From the NCBI GenBank assembly GCA_031409655.1, contig JANNXQ010000187.1:1-64000 (forward strand): a DNA stretch of 64,000 nt. The letters run 5' to 3'. A program made the position numbers and the translations under genes. Shown piece after piece: positions 23,336 through 32,099 of the stretch. The DNA comes from Chthoniobacteraceae bacterium (GTDB lineage: Bacteria; Verrucomicrobiota; Verrucomicrobiia; Chthoniobacterales; Chthoniobacteraceae). The notes beneath the pieces were generated by a model. The model ran no database searches. It had not been told where the DNA came from and worked only from the letters and a program-made list of their open reading frames with translations. Numbering within the stretch: position 1 is the first letter of the stretch; the number at the start of each line of letters is the position of its first letter.

Positions 23336-25125
23336 TCGCGAACTTCGGCGAAATCCTCAGTGCGATCGCCGCCGTCGTCTTTCTCGCGGTGTCGGCTCTG
23401 GGCTTGGGTGGGTGGTGCGAGCGGGGCTGGCGCGACTTTCCCGGCCTTGGGCAAGGGGAGCGCGCAGCCCTCCGCCTCCTCGCGGGGCTCGGCGCCCTCG
23501 GACTGCTGCTCTTTCTGCTCGGGCAGGTCAGCTTTTCCGTCCCGGTCATTGGGACCGTGCTGCTCGCGGCCGCCCTCCTCAATCTGCGCTCTCCGCCCGC
23601 GCGCCTTCGGGTCGGAAAAGTTTCGCCGCCGCTGCTCTTCGCCGGGGCCATCGTCTTGCTCTGCGCCATCAGCGGGCTGGATCGCCCGATCGGGGACATC
23701 AATTCCGACGCGATTTCCTACCACCTGCTCGGTCCAGTAGTCTGGCTGCGCGAAGGGAAAATCGCGCCGGTGCTTGCGGAATGCCTGACCGCGTTTCCCG
23801 CGACCGTCGAGGTGCTTTTCGCCGCCGTCCGGGCGATCTCCAATGAGCGCGCTTCCGGCGTGGTCGGCGCCTTGTTTTTCGCTCCCTTCCTGCTCCAGAT
23901 CCGGGGTCTGGCCAGGCTCCTCGGTGCGAGTCCGGGCGGCGCCGGTCTGGCCGCCGCGCTTTTCGCCGGGATGCCGGCGCTGACCTCGACGATCGACCAG
24001 TGTTTCGTCGATCTGCCCTACGCGGCGCTCATCCTCGCCGCGGCCCGCCTCGCCTTCGCGGGGTGTCGTCCCCAGCACTTCGGCCTCGCGGGCGTCTTCG
24101 CCGGTTTCGCTGCTGGGACGAAGTACTTCGCGCTCCCGACCATCTGCCTGCTGGCGCTCCTCATTTTGTTTTCCGGCACCGCGCCGCGGTCCGCGCGCTG
24201 GCGACAGGCAGCCATCTTCGTCGCCTGCTCCGCGCTCGCCGGAGGCGCGTGGTACCTGCGCAATTGGATCGTCCTCGGTAATCCGATCTACCCGCCGCCT
24301 CCCGCTCTGTGGCGCTTGCTCCCGACGCCCACGTTTCCCCTCGAATCCTCCAAATCCCTCATGGCCTACATGCTCGAGCGCGGTGCCGGATTGGGAAAAG
24401 CACCCCACGATCTGCTGCTACTCCCCTTCCGACTCACGTTTCGCACCGCGTGGTTTCACGGCGGAGGCGGGCTCGGGCTTGGCTTGCTGGCCTTCGTGCC
24501 CATCGGGTTCGTGCTGGCGTGGAAAATTCGCGGCGCCGGCGTCTGGGGCGCCTTTGCCGTGGGCCTCACGGTCTTCTGGTTTTACGCCGATCAGGAGCTT
24601 CGCTTCCTGGGCTTGGCCGTCGGGATTCTCGCAGCCTTCGCCGGGCTTGGGGGTGCTGCGCTCTTCGAGCGGCGGGGGCTTGGTCGATGGCTGGCGCTAG
24701 CCATCATCGCCATCTCCTTGGGCGTCGGCGGCGCCCTCGCGGCGCGGTCCCGGGTCGCTGTCCTGCGCGCACTGGTCTCCCCGACCGCCGCCGAAGCCCG
24801 CTATCGCGCCGGCGCGCCGCACCTGGCAGCCTTCGCCTTTCTCAACGCGCATCCCGAGGTCCGCAAGATCTTCATCACGAATCCCTACGTGCCCGCCTAT
24901 TATCTGGAGAAAAATTACACCGTCTTGCGCGGTCGCTGGGGAGAGCTCCCGCACCTCGACGCCGAGCTGGGTGCAGACCCCGCGGTCGCGCTTGGCTGCT
25001 CCCACATCCTCGATGTGGACTCCTACGGCGCGGGTTTTCGCCTGCCCGAGCCCGGCCCTGGGCGGCTGGTCTATGCGGACAAAACCGCCCGCATCTACGC
25101 ACTCCCGGCCACGACGATTCCGTGA
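23332..25125 (+). CDS. Polytopic membrane protein, probable GT-C glycosyltransferase
   Basis: Many TMs, DAISYHL loop, GTKY, WYLRNWIVLGNPIYP. Confidence 0.7.
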   Translation: MIANFGEILSAIAAVVFLAVSALGLGGWCERGWRDFPGLGQGERAALRLLAGLGALGLLLFLLGQVSFSVPVIGTVLLAAALLNLRSPPARLRVGKVSPPLLFAGAIVLLCAISGLDRPIGDINSDAISYHLLGPVVWLREGKIAPVLAECLTAFPATVEVLFAAVRAISNERASGVVGALFFAPFLLQIRGLARLLGASPGGAGLAAALFAGMPALTSTIDQCFVDLPYAALILAAARLAFAGCRPQHFGLAGVFAGFAAGTKYFALPTICLLALLILFSGTAPRSARWRQAAIFVACSALAGGAWYLRNWIVLGNPIYPPPPALWRLLPTPTFPLESSKSLMAYMLERGAGLGKAPHDLLLLPFRLTFRTAWFHGGGGLGLGLLAFVPIGFVLAWKIRGAGVWGAFAVGLTVFWFYADQELRFLGLAVGILAAFAGLGGAALFERRGLGRWLALAIIAISLGVGGALAARSRVAVLRALVSPTAAEARYRAGAPHLAAFAFLNAHPEVRKIFITNPYVPAYYLEKNYTVLRGRWGELPHLDAELGADPAVALGCSHILDVDSYGAGFRLPEPGPGRLVYADKTARIYALPATTIP

Positions 25126-25167
25126 GTGTTTGCTTTTGCCCCCTGGTCCCGCTACCGACATCGCCCG

Positions 25168-25764
25168 ATGCGCCCCTCGCACAATTCCCTGCACTACGTC
25201 CGCTATCGCCTGGGGCTCAGTGAACCCATCGGCGAGACGGAGCCCGAGGAGCGCGCACTCCTCCGCCGCTACGCCGCCAGCAAACGCCGACTCGCAGAGA
25301 TCGGCGTTTTCCATGGGGTCAGCACGCGCCTGCTCCGCGAAGTGATGGCCCCAGATGCCATCCTCAGCGCCATCGACCCATTTTTCCGCGGGAGCTTTGG
25401 CCTGCGCGGGTACGGCTGGGCGCGGCTCATCGCGCATCATCAGGTGGCGAAGGTGCGCAATGGTCGCGTCCAGTGGATCGAGACGATGGGCAAGGACGCT
25501 CCGCAGGATCCGCGCGTCCAGGCCACCCTGCCGCTTGACTTCATCTTTTTTGATGGCGATCACTCGTGGGATGGCTTGCGGGAAGATTGGGCCGCCTGGC
25601 GGGGCCACATCGCACCCGGCGGAATCGCGTGTTTTCATGACAGCCGGGAGCGCCACGCCTCCTTTGGCTGTGCGAAATTCCTCGCCGAAGTGATCTCCCT
25701 CGATGCCGAGTTCGAGCCGATCGACGCCGCCGCGACGCTCAGCGTCTTGCGGCGCCGAACCTGA
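25168..25764 (+). CDS. Class I SAM-dependent methyltransferase (Methyltransf_24-like)
   Basis: EIGVFHGVST, DFIFFDGDHSW, PGGIACFHDS; start uncertain. Confidence 0.85.
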   Translation: MRPSHNSLHYVRYRLGLSEPIGETEPEERALLRRYAASKRRLAEIGVFHGVSTRLLREVMAPDAILSAIDPFFRGSFGLRGYGWARLIAHHQVAKVRNGRVQWIETMGKDAPQDPRVQATLPLDFIFFDGDHSWDGLREDWAAWRGHIAPGGIACFHDSRERHASFGCAKFLAEVISLDAEFEPIDAAATLSVLRRRT

Positions 25765-25779
25765 GGTCGCTGCTGCCCC

Positions 25780-26181
25780 ATGCCGCGCGAAGAGAAAAAA
25801 CGCATCGCCACCGACGCCGCCGGGAAACACCTCGGCACCTCGCTGGACGCCGCCTTTGCCGGGCTCGATCTACCGAAGCTCCCGGACGGACCCGCCACGC
25901 CGCCAGCGCGCCTGGAGTCGCCCCAGCAGATCTGGAAAATGGGCCGCGTCGTCCTCCGCAAGGAAACGGCGCACCGAGGCGGCAAGTGCGTGATCGTCGT
26001 CCATGATTTCGCCACTCACCTGCCCGTCTCGGTCATCGAGGCGATCGCAAAAAAAGTCCGGCAGGCCTGCGGCTGCGGCGGTGCGGTAAAGGGGCGGACG
26101 ATCGAGATTCAGGGCGATCAGGCAGGGAAGATCCGAGCCGTGCTGGAGCAGGAGGGGTTTCATGTTGCAGGGGTGAAGTAG
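25780..26181 (+). CDS. yciH: SUI1/YciH translation initiation factor
   Basis: RGGKCV, KKVRQACGCGGAVK, IEIQGD. Confidence 0.9.
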   Translation: MPREEKKRIATDAAGKHLGTSLDAAFAGLDLPKLPDGPATPPARLESPQQIWKMGRVVLRKETAHRGGKCVIVVHDFATHLPVSVIEAIAKKVRQACGCGGAVKGRTIEIQGDQAGKIRAVLEQEGFHVAGVK

Positions 26182-26365
26182 CCGTGGTGGAGGGAAGGCG
26201 GCGCGGTTCGTGAAAGTGGCGCATTTGAGAGGATCTGAGGCCGTAAGGGAGCGGCTGAGTCCGACCGTTTCGGTCATTTCCCTCTGTAACTTTAGTGGAA
26301 AGCGATTTCGGGCATTACAGATGCTATTGAAATTATAAGCCCGAAGCACTCTTCACCCTTTCTGC

Positions 26366-28705
26366 ATGTCCATCCCGCAAAAAATCACCGACTTCGATGA
26401 CGGCTCCGGCAAGCGCGACCGGCGCCCCTTCGCTCGCGAGTCCGGCATCCGCGCTCCATCCAGCATTCTCGATTCGAATGCCCTAGCCAGCGACCCGACC
26501 GAGGACATCCGCAATCTCCTCGAAGAACTGCAGACGACCGTCCGTAACGCGCGCTCCGAGTTGCGGGTCGTCGAAGTCGAGCGTGACGATCTCGCCCTGC
26601 AACTCGAAGAATCCATCGTCCGCGTGGACCGACTGCGCTCCAACGAGCGGGAGTTGCGCTCAAAGTTCGTCGAAGTCACGGCCCTGATCAGCGAGCGCGA
26701 TGCCGCCGTGGCGGAAGCAAAGCGCGTCTCGGAGGCCGCCCGCAGCGTGGAGGGGCAGATCGAAAATCTCACCCGGAGTCGCAATGACGCGGTGCGCCAG
26801 CGGGACGAGACCTTGCGCCGCACGGATGCCCTGAAGCGGGCTGCCGATGAAAATGCCACGCAGGCCGCGGAAGCCCTGAAGCAAGTGCTCGCCGTCCGCC
26901 AGGCCCGCGACGCCGCCCATGCGCAGAATCTCGAAGTGGGCACCAAACTCAATCGCGCCGAAGACCGCATCGCGGAACTCGAGTACGAACTGGAAGCCGC
27001 GCAGCACGCGGCTCAGGAAGCAACCAGCGCCCTGGCGGAAACCCGCAGGCAGCTCGACACGGTGATCGTGAATCGCGACGCCGCCTCCGCCCAAGTCGCC
27101 CAACTTTCCGAGGAACTCGACGCGCAACGCCGGAAGCTGCTCGACCTCAGCGAGCAAAAGGCCGCTGCCATCAGCAACGACACCGAGCACCTCGCCGCGC
27201 TCACCGAAGCACGCGCCCAGGTCGCCAGCCTCGTGCAGGAGCGCGATGCCGCCCGCGCCCGCACCCTCGAGCAAAGCGGCGAACTCGAGGAACTCCGCGA
27301 GCAGTTTCAGGCCTTCCAGGACGATCACCAAAAGGCCCGCGGCGCGGAACTCACCGCCGCCAACGAAAAACTCGCAACCCTCGAAGTGCAGGCCCGCGAG
27401 GCCCGGCACGAGTCCGCCAATCTCCGCCAACAGATCCATGCCGCCGAGGTCCGCTTGAGCGCCCTTCAGCAGGAAGTGGCCGACTCGCCCGCGCTCGGTG
27501 CCGCTCAGCACGAGATCGCCACGCTCTCCGCAGAACGCGAAGCCGCCTCGACCGCCCTGCGCGATCTTCAGGGTCGGCTGGAGGAAGCGGTCGCCGCCCG
27601 CGAAGCCTCCCAGGCCCAGGCCGCAGAGCGATCCGCGGCGCGCGAAGAGGAACTCACCTTACTCCGCGCCCGCCTCGCGGCCGTCGAGAGCATCGAGCAA
27701 GAGGCCCGCAATCGCGCCGCCGAGGCAAAGGAGGTCAACGCGCGCTTTGAGAAACAGCGCATCGACACCATCGACATCGCCGCCCAGCTCCAGTCCGCCC
27801 ACCGCGAGATCCGCGAGCTCAGCGCCAACCTCGCCGAAGCCCGTCTGCAGGTGAAATTTGCCAGCGCCGCCAACCGCGCCGCGAAAGGGAGCGGCACTCG
27901 CATCAAGGCGATCGTCAGCACGCTCCACGAGCCTTTCGACGACGCGCCCGCACCGCCGCCGCGCGCCCAGCCGCTCGCTCTCGGCGTCGAGCACACCCTC
28001 GATCCCCGGGAGGTCAAAAGCGCCCTCGCGGCCATGCGCCAGTGCTACCAGTCCTTCGCCCGCCACGAGGAGGACATCAGCCTCCTCAACGAACTCTACT
28101 GCCACATCCACGCGCTCGCCGAGCGGGCCCGCGGCTCCGAGATGCACGCCGCGCACCGGCTCGCTTCGGCCTTCGCGGATTTCACCCACGGCCTCTACCA
28201 GAATCCCGTGCAGGTCAATGCCTCCACCCTCCGCACCGTGAGCCAGACCATCGACTTCCTCGGCACGCTGATGAAGGACTGCGACCCGCGGAAAATGCGC
28301 GACATCGCCAAGGCCCGCATCTACGCGGTGGACGATGACCCGGACAATTGCGAGAGCATCAAGCTCGCGATGGAAACCGCGATGCTGCGCACGACCTGCG
28401 CCCTCGATCCCATCGAAGCCCTCGCCGAACTCACCGACCAGCCCTGCGACCTCATCCTGCTCGATGTGAACATGCCTGGCATGGACGGCTTCGAACTCTG
28501 CTCCCAACTCCGCCAGATCCCGCTCCACGCCGCGACCCCGATCATCTTCCTGAGCGGCCTCGCGACGCTCGAACATCGCACGCAATCCGCGCTCGTCGGC
28601 GGCACCGATTTCATCGCGAAGCCCTTCAATCTTTACGAGCTCACGGTGAAAGCGCTCACCCACATCCTCCGCGCCCAAATCAGCGCCAACTCTGCACTCG
28701 AGTAG
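26366..28705 (+). CDS. Coiled-coil / Hpt-like / receiver domain protein
   Basis: About 450 aa of heptads, LYCHIHALAE segment, C-terminal AVDDD..LILLDVNMPGMDGFELC..FIAKPF. Confidence 0.8.
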   Translation: MSIPQKITDFDDGSGKRDRRPFARESGIRAPSSILDSNALASDPTEDIRNLLEELQTTVRNARSELRVVEVERDDLALQLEESIVRVDRLRSNERELRSKFVEVTALISERDAAVAEAKRVSEAARSVEGQIENLTRSRNDAVRQRDETLRRTDALKRAADENATQAAEALKQVLAVRQARDAAHAQNLEVGTKLNRAEDRIAELEYELEAAQHAAQEATSALAETRRQLDTVIVNRDAASAQVAQLSEELDAQRRKLLDLSEQKAAAISNDTEHLAALTEARAQVASLVQERDAARARTLEQSGELEELREQFQAFQDDHQKARGAELTAANEKLATLEVQAREARHESANLRQQIHAAEVRLSALQQEVADSPALGAAQHEIATLSAEREAASTALRDLQGRLEEAVAAREASQAQAAERSAAREEELTLLRARLAAVESIEQEARNRAAEAKEVNARFEKQRIDTIDIAAQLQSAHREIRELSANLAEARLQVKFASAANRAAKGSGTRIKAIVSTLHEPFDDAPAPPPRAQPLALGVEHTLDPREVKSALAAMRQCYQSFARHEEDISLLNELYCHIHALAERARGSEMHAAHRLASAFADFTHGLYQNPVQVNASTLRTVSQTIDFLGTLMKDCDPRKMRDIAKARIYAVDDDPDNCESIKLAMETAMLRTTCALDPIEALAELTDQPCDLILLDVNMPGMDGFELCSQLRQIPLHAATPIIFLSGLATLEHRTQSALVGGTDFIAKPFNLYELTVKALTHILRAQISANSALE

Positions 28706-28723
28706 CTCCGAGCCAACCGGACG

Positions 28724-29839
28724 TTAGCCCGGGCTTTTGCCGAAAAGGAACATCAGCGGCGCACCGAGCCGCGCCCGCCAGGCACTGAGGCTGTGGTCGC
28801 TTCCCTCCGCGACGAGCACCTTGAAGTCGCGTCCTTCGACGAACTTCTTCGCCCGCAGCACCTCTGACATCCGCTGCTGGTAGGCGTCGTCGGTCGAGTC
28901 CGCACCCAGCGTCCCGTGATCGAAATAGATCCGTCGATTTGGGCGAAACGTCGCGTCGGCGTGGACTTGTTCGATGAGCGCACAGGCCTCCGGCGGATCC
29001 CCGCTGAGATCTTCGTAGCACGTCGAGAGACAGGCAAATTTCCCAAAGGTCTGGTGGTGTCGCAGCGCCATCCAGAGCGCCAGCGAGCCCCCGAGCGAAA
29101 AGCCGAGGACCCCCGTATTCGCCGGATCGGCCAGCGTGCGATCGCGGCAAATCGTGTAGTCGATGAAAGGCTTTAGATCATTGACCAGAAAGTCCGCCGT
29201 CTTCGGCCCATCGATCTGCGGCGAGAGTTCGATGTCACGCTGGCCGAAATCTTCGCGATGAAAAACGGCCACCAGAATCAGCTCCTCAAGCTGCCGCGTC
29301 GCCACCAGATTCCGCACCCAACTATCCGCGGCGATGGTTTCATTCCCCGGAGACTCGAGCGCCTGCAGCGTGTCCTGTCCGTCCAGCAGATAAAGCACCG
29401 GATGCCGCGAATCACGCGACGCCATGTAGCCCGGTGGCAACCAAATGCAGACCCGCCGCGTGCAGTCGAGTTGCGTGGCGTCCAGCTCGCACTCGATCGC
29501 TTTCCCATAGATGAAGTCGTGATCCCACGGCTCCGCGTCCTTCCAATTTTCCACCTCGATGGTGACGTGCAGATCATGCGCGACGAGATACTGGTAGTTC
29601 AGGCAGGTCGAGCCGTCCTTGTAAGTCTCCTCCGTCGCCCACGAGCCGCGCGTGATCTTAAACTCCACGAGCCCGTACGGTAGATCCACGGTCCCGGTGA
29701 AAATCCCATCCGCCTGTCGCTGGAGCGCGAATCCTTTCGCCGGCTGCCAATCGCCCAACGCGCGATCCGTGCCGACCACCACAACGCGCTGGCGCTCAGA
29801 ATCAACTGGCACCCGGACCTCAAAAGTAAATCTAGGCAT
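28724..29839 (-). CDS. CBM20-like domain + alpha/beta hydrolase esterase
   Basis: VVVGTDRALGDWQP, EFKITRGSW, PVLYLLDGQ, GFSLGG. Confidence 0.85.
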   Translation of the reverse strand: MPRFTFEVRVPVDSERQRVVVVGTDRALGDWQPAKGFALQRQADGIFTGTVDLPYGLVEFKITRGSWATEETYKDGSTCLNYQYLVAHDLHVTIEVENWKDAEPWDHDFIYGKAIECELDATQLDCTRRVCIWLPPGYMASRDSRHPVLYLLDGQDTLQALESPGNETIAADSWVRNLVATRQLEELILVAVFHREDFGQRDIELSPQIDGPKTADFLVNDLKPFIDYTICRDRTLADPANTGVLGFSLGGSLALWMALRHHQTFGKFACLSTCYEDLSGDPPEACALIEQVHADATFRPNRRIYFDHGTLGADSTDDAYQQRMSEVLRAKKFVEGRDFKVLVAEGSDHSLSAWRARLGAPLMFLFGKSPG

Positions 29840-29850
29840 GGCGGGACGGT

Positions 29851-29923
29851 AAAGGATGAGGGATGAAGGATGAAGGATGAAAATTCCGCGCTTCATCCTT
29901 TCTCCTTCATCCCTCATCCTTTT
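29851..29923. repeat. Heptamer inverted-repeat element, family A
   Basis: aggatgagggatgaaggatgaaggatgaa ... cttcatcctttctccttcatccctcatcctt filling a divergent intergenic gap. Confidence 0.9.
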
Positions 29924-29926
29924 CTT

Positions 29927-31153
29927 ATGTCTCACGCACTAGTCCTCGGCATGGGCGGAGTCGGCTCCGTCATCGGGCAAAAGCTGCACGAATATCCGTG
30001 CTTCGAGCGCATCTACCTCGCCGACATCGACCCTACCTTTGCCCAGCATCTCCACGGCAAGACCATCGATAGCCGCTTCCAAGTGGCCACACTCAACGCC
30101 ATGGACACCGCGAAGGTGGCCGCCTTCCTGGTCGAACACAAAATCGACGTGACCCTCAATGCCTGCACCTGGCAGGCCAATCACAGCGTCCTGGAAGCCT
30201 GCGCCCAGGCGGGCTCGCACTACCTCGACATGGCCGCGGACATCTACTCGCCGCCCGGCGTGAAGAAGCCGACCAAGAACAGCTACGAAGCCGAGATCGA
30301 GAAATTCAACGCGCGCTTTCTGGAAAAGAAAATCGCCGGCATCCTCTGCATGGGTTGCGATCCCGGCGCGGTCAATGTCTTCGCCCGCTGGGCGATTGAT
30401 CGGCTCGACACCGCCGAATCCATCCGCGTCATGGACGCCGACAACGCGGAAGTCCGCGGCTACCGTTTCGCCGTCCTCTTTTCACCCGAGACGCTCTTCG
30501 AGGAACTCGGCGCCATGCCCTACTACGTGAAAGACGGCCGCGTCATGTCCGGCAAACCGCTCGAAGCCGAGACCGAGTGGTATCGCTTCCCGCCCCCGCT
30601 CGGCATGATGAAGACCTACGCCGTCGCGCATGAGGAAGGCGTCTCCCTCGGCCTGCATCCGCCCTTCGTCGAGAAAGGCGTCCGTTACTCCGTCTTCAAA
30701 TACACCTTGAGCGAAAAGGTCATCAGCATCGCCAAATCCCTCGCCCTGCTCGACCTCGACTCCTGGAAAAAAGTAAAAGTCGATGGCGTCGAAGTCGCCC
30801 CCGTCCGCGTCGCCTGCGCCAACTTACCCAAGCCCGCCTCCCTCGGCTCGAACATCGACGGCTACTCCTGCGTCGGCACCGAAGTCCGCGGGACCAAGGA
30901 CGGCAAACGCGTCGAGTATTTCGTCTATACGATGGATAGCCACCGCGAGACCTTCGAGCGCTACGGCTACTCGCTCACCGTCGTCCAGACCGGCATCCCC
31001 CCCGCCCTCGCCGCCCGCCTGCTCATGGAAGGCAGCATCAAAGAACGCGGCGTGATGATGCCCGAAGCCCTCGACCCCGAAGCCCTCATGGCCAACTTCT
31101 CCAAAGAAGGCCTGAAGATCTTCGTCGAAAAACGCGAAGTCGTGGAGCTGTAG
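29927..31153 (+). CDS. Saccharopine dehydrogenase family (carboxynorspermidine dehydrogenase-like)
   Basis: GMGGVGSV, HYLDMA, GCDPGAVNVF, HEE, TGIPPAL. Confidence 0.8.
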   Translation: MSHALVLGMGGVGSVIGQKLHEYPCFERIYLADIDPTFAQHLHGKTIDSRFQVATLNAMDTAKVAAFLVEHKIDVTLNACTWQANHSVLEACAQAGSHYLDMAADIYSPPGVKKPTKNSYEAEIEKFNARFLEKKIAGILCMGCDPGAVNVFARWAIDRLDTAESIRVMDADNAEVRGYRFAVLFSPETLFEELGAMPYYVKDGRVMSGKPLEAETEWYRFPPPLGMMKTYAVAHEEGVSLGLHPPFVEKGVRYSVFKYTLSEKVISIAKSLALLDLDSWKKVKVDGVEVAPVRVACANLPKPASLGSNIDGYSCVGTEVRGTKDGKRVEYFVYTMDSHRETFERYGYSLTVVQTGIPPALAARLLMEGSIKERGVMMPEALDPEALMANFSKEGLKIFVEKREVVEL

Positions 31154-31154
31154 C

Positions 31155-31233
31155 CCAAGGAGTAGGGGCGCCCCCGCCCCGAGTCTTTTCAATAATCGAA
31201 GAACCTCGGGGCGAGGGGGCCCCTACTCCTTGG
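31155..31233. repeat. REP doublet at RAYT 3' end
   Basis: ccaaggagtaggggcgcccccgccccgag ... ctcggggcgagggggcccctactccttgg; supplies the RAYT stop codon. Confidence 0.92.
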
Positions 31234-31867
31234 CCATCTCCCGCGCGAATTCGCTCTCGCACAACGCATACTCACCCTCCCGCAACCGCGCCTTCTCCGG
31301 ATTCCGCCGAATGTACCGCACGCAATTCGCAAAATGTTCTTCATCGCGGATCAAGCGATCGAAGTAGTCCTCCTGCCACAAAGTGCCAGACCGCCCGAGC
31401 AGCCGATTGATCCTCCGCGCCAAGACGCTTTTCCACGCGCCGATCTCTTCCGCCAGCGAGGCCTCTGGGTGCAGCGAGAAGAGCACATGGACATGATTCG
31501 GCATCACCACCGAGGCATGCAGCCAATAGGTCCGATCGTGTGAATGCCCCAAAGTAGCGGTGACGCAATCGCGGCCACTCGCCTCCCGCAATCCGCAAGC
31601 CCCGTGGCCGGCATCGAGCCATTGGTCGAACTGTTGACTGAATCGCCGGTGATACTCCCGCTCCACCTCCACAGACCAAGGCTTGGGATGATGCATCATC
31701 CACGCCGTGCGCTCCTCCATCCACCGCTCGCGCAGCTCGACTGGCACCGCATCCGCGAGCCGAAACGTGACAAAGTAAGTCGCACCAGGCTGCTCCCAGT
31801 GAGGCAACCCCTTCCCATGCCTCCGGATTTCCGCAAACGGATCGAAGAAGCGCAACTCCTCGGCCAT
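31223..31867 (-). CDS. REP-associated tyrosine transposase (RAYT, Y1 HUH)
   Basis: LPHW..PGATYFVTFRLAD, VVMPNHVH (HUH), WQEDYFDRLIRD, YIRRNP; REP doublets on both sides. Confidence 0.92.
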   Translation of the reverse strand: MAEELRFFDPFAEIRRHGKGLPHWEQPGATYFVTFRLADAVPVELRERWMEERTAWMMHHPKPWSVEVEREYHRRFSQQFDQWLDAGHGACGLREASGRDCVTATLGHSHDRTYWLHASVVMPNHVHVLFSLHPEASLAEEIGAWKSVLARRINRLLGRSGTLWQEDYFDRLIRDEEHFANCVRYIRRNPEKARLREGEYALCESEFAREMAKE

Positions 31868-31944
31868 GCCCAAGGAGTAGGGGCGCCCCCGCCCCAAGTC
31901 TCAAGCAAGAAACACGGGGCGAGGGCGCCCCTACTCCTTGGGCA
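31867..31944. repeat. REP doublet at RAYT 5' end
   Basis: tgcccaaggagtaggggcgcccccgcccc ... ggggcgagggcgcccctactccttgggca. Confidence 0.92.
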
Positions 31945-31991
31945 GTTCGGCGAAAAACGCGAAGTCGCAGATCTGTAGCCAGAGTTTTCGA

Positions 31992-32021
31992 TTGACGATT
32001 CGCCGCCGGGCAAGGCAGCCT
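31992..32021 (+). promoter_or_regulatory. Possible sigma70 promoter upstream of ATG 32042
   Basis: TTGACG-N18-CAGCCT followed by a C-rich leader and ATG. Confidence 0.3.
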
Positions 32022-32099
32022 CCCGACACCTCCGGCACCCCATGAACCCCCGCAAAGTGGACACCTTGCACAGTGAGACGAGAGCGCAGCGCGCGGGCA

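Noticed and set aside
31223..31867. Ordinary IS200/IS605 element
   Set aside because: No tnpB, and it is flanked by multicopy GTAG REP doublets, which fits a RAYT.
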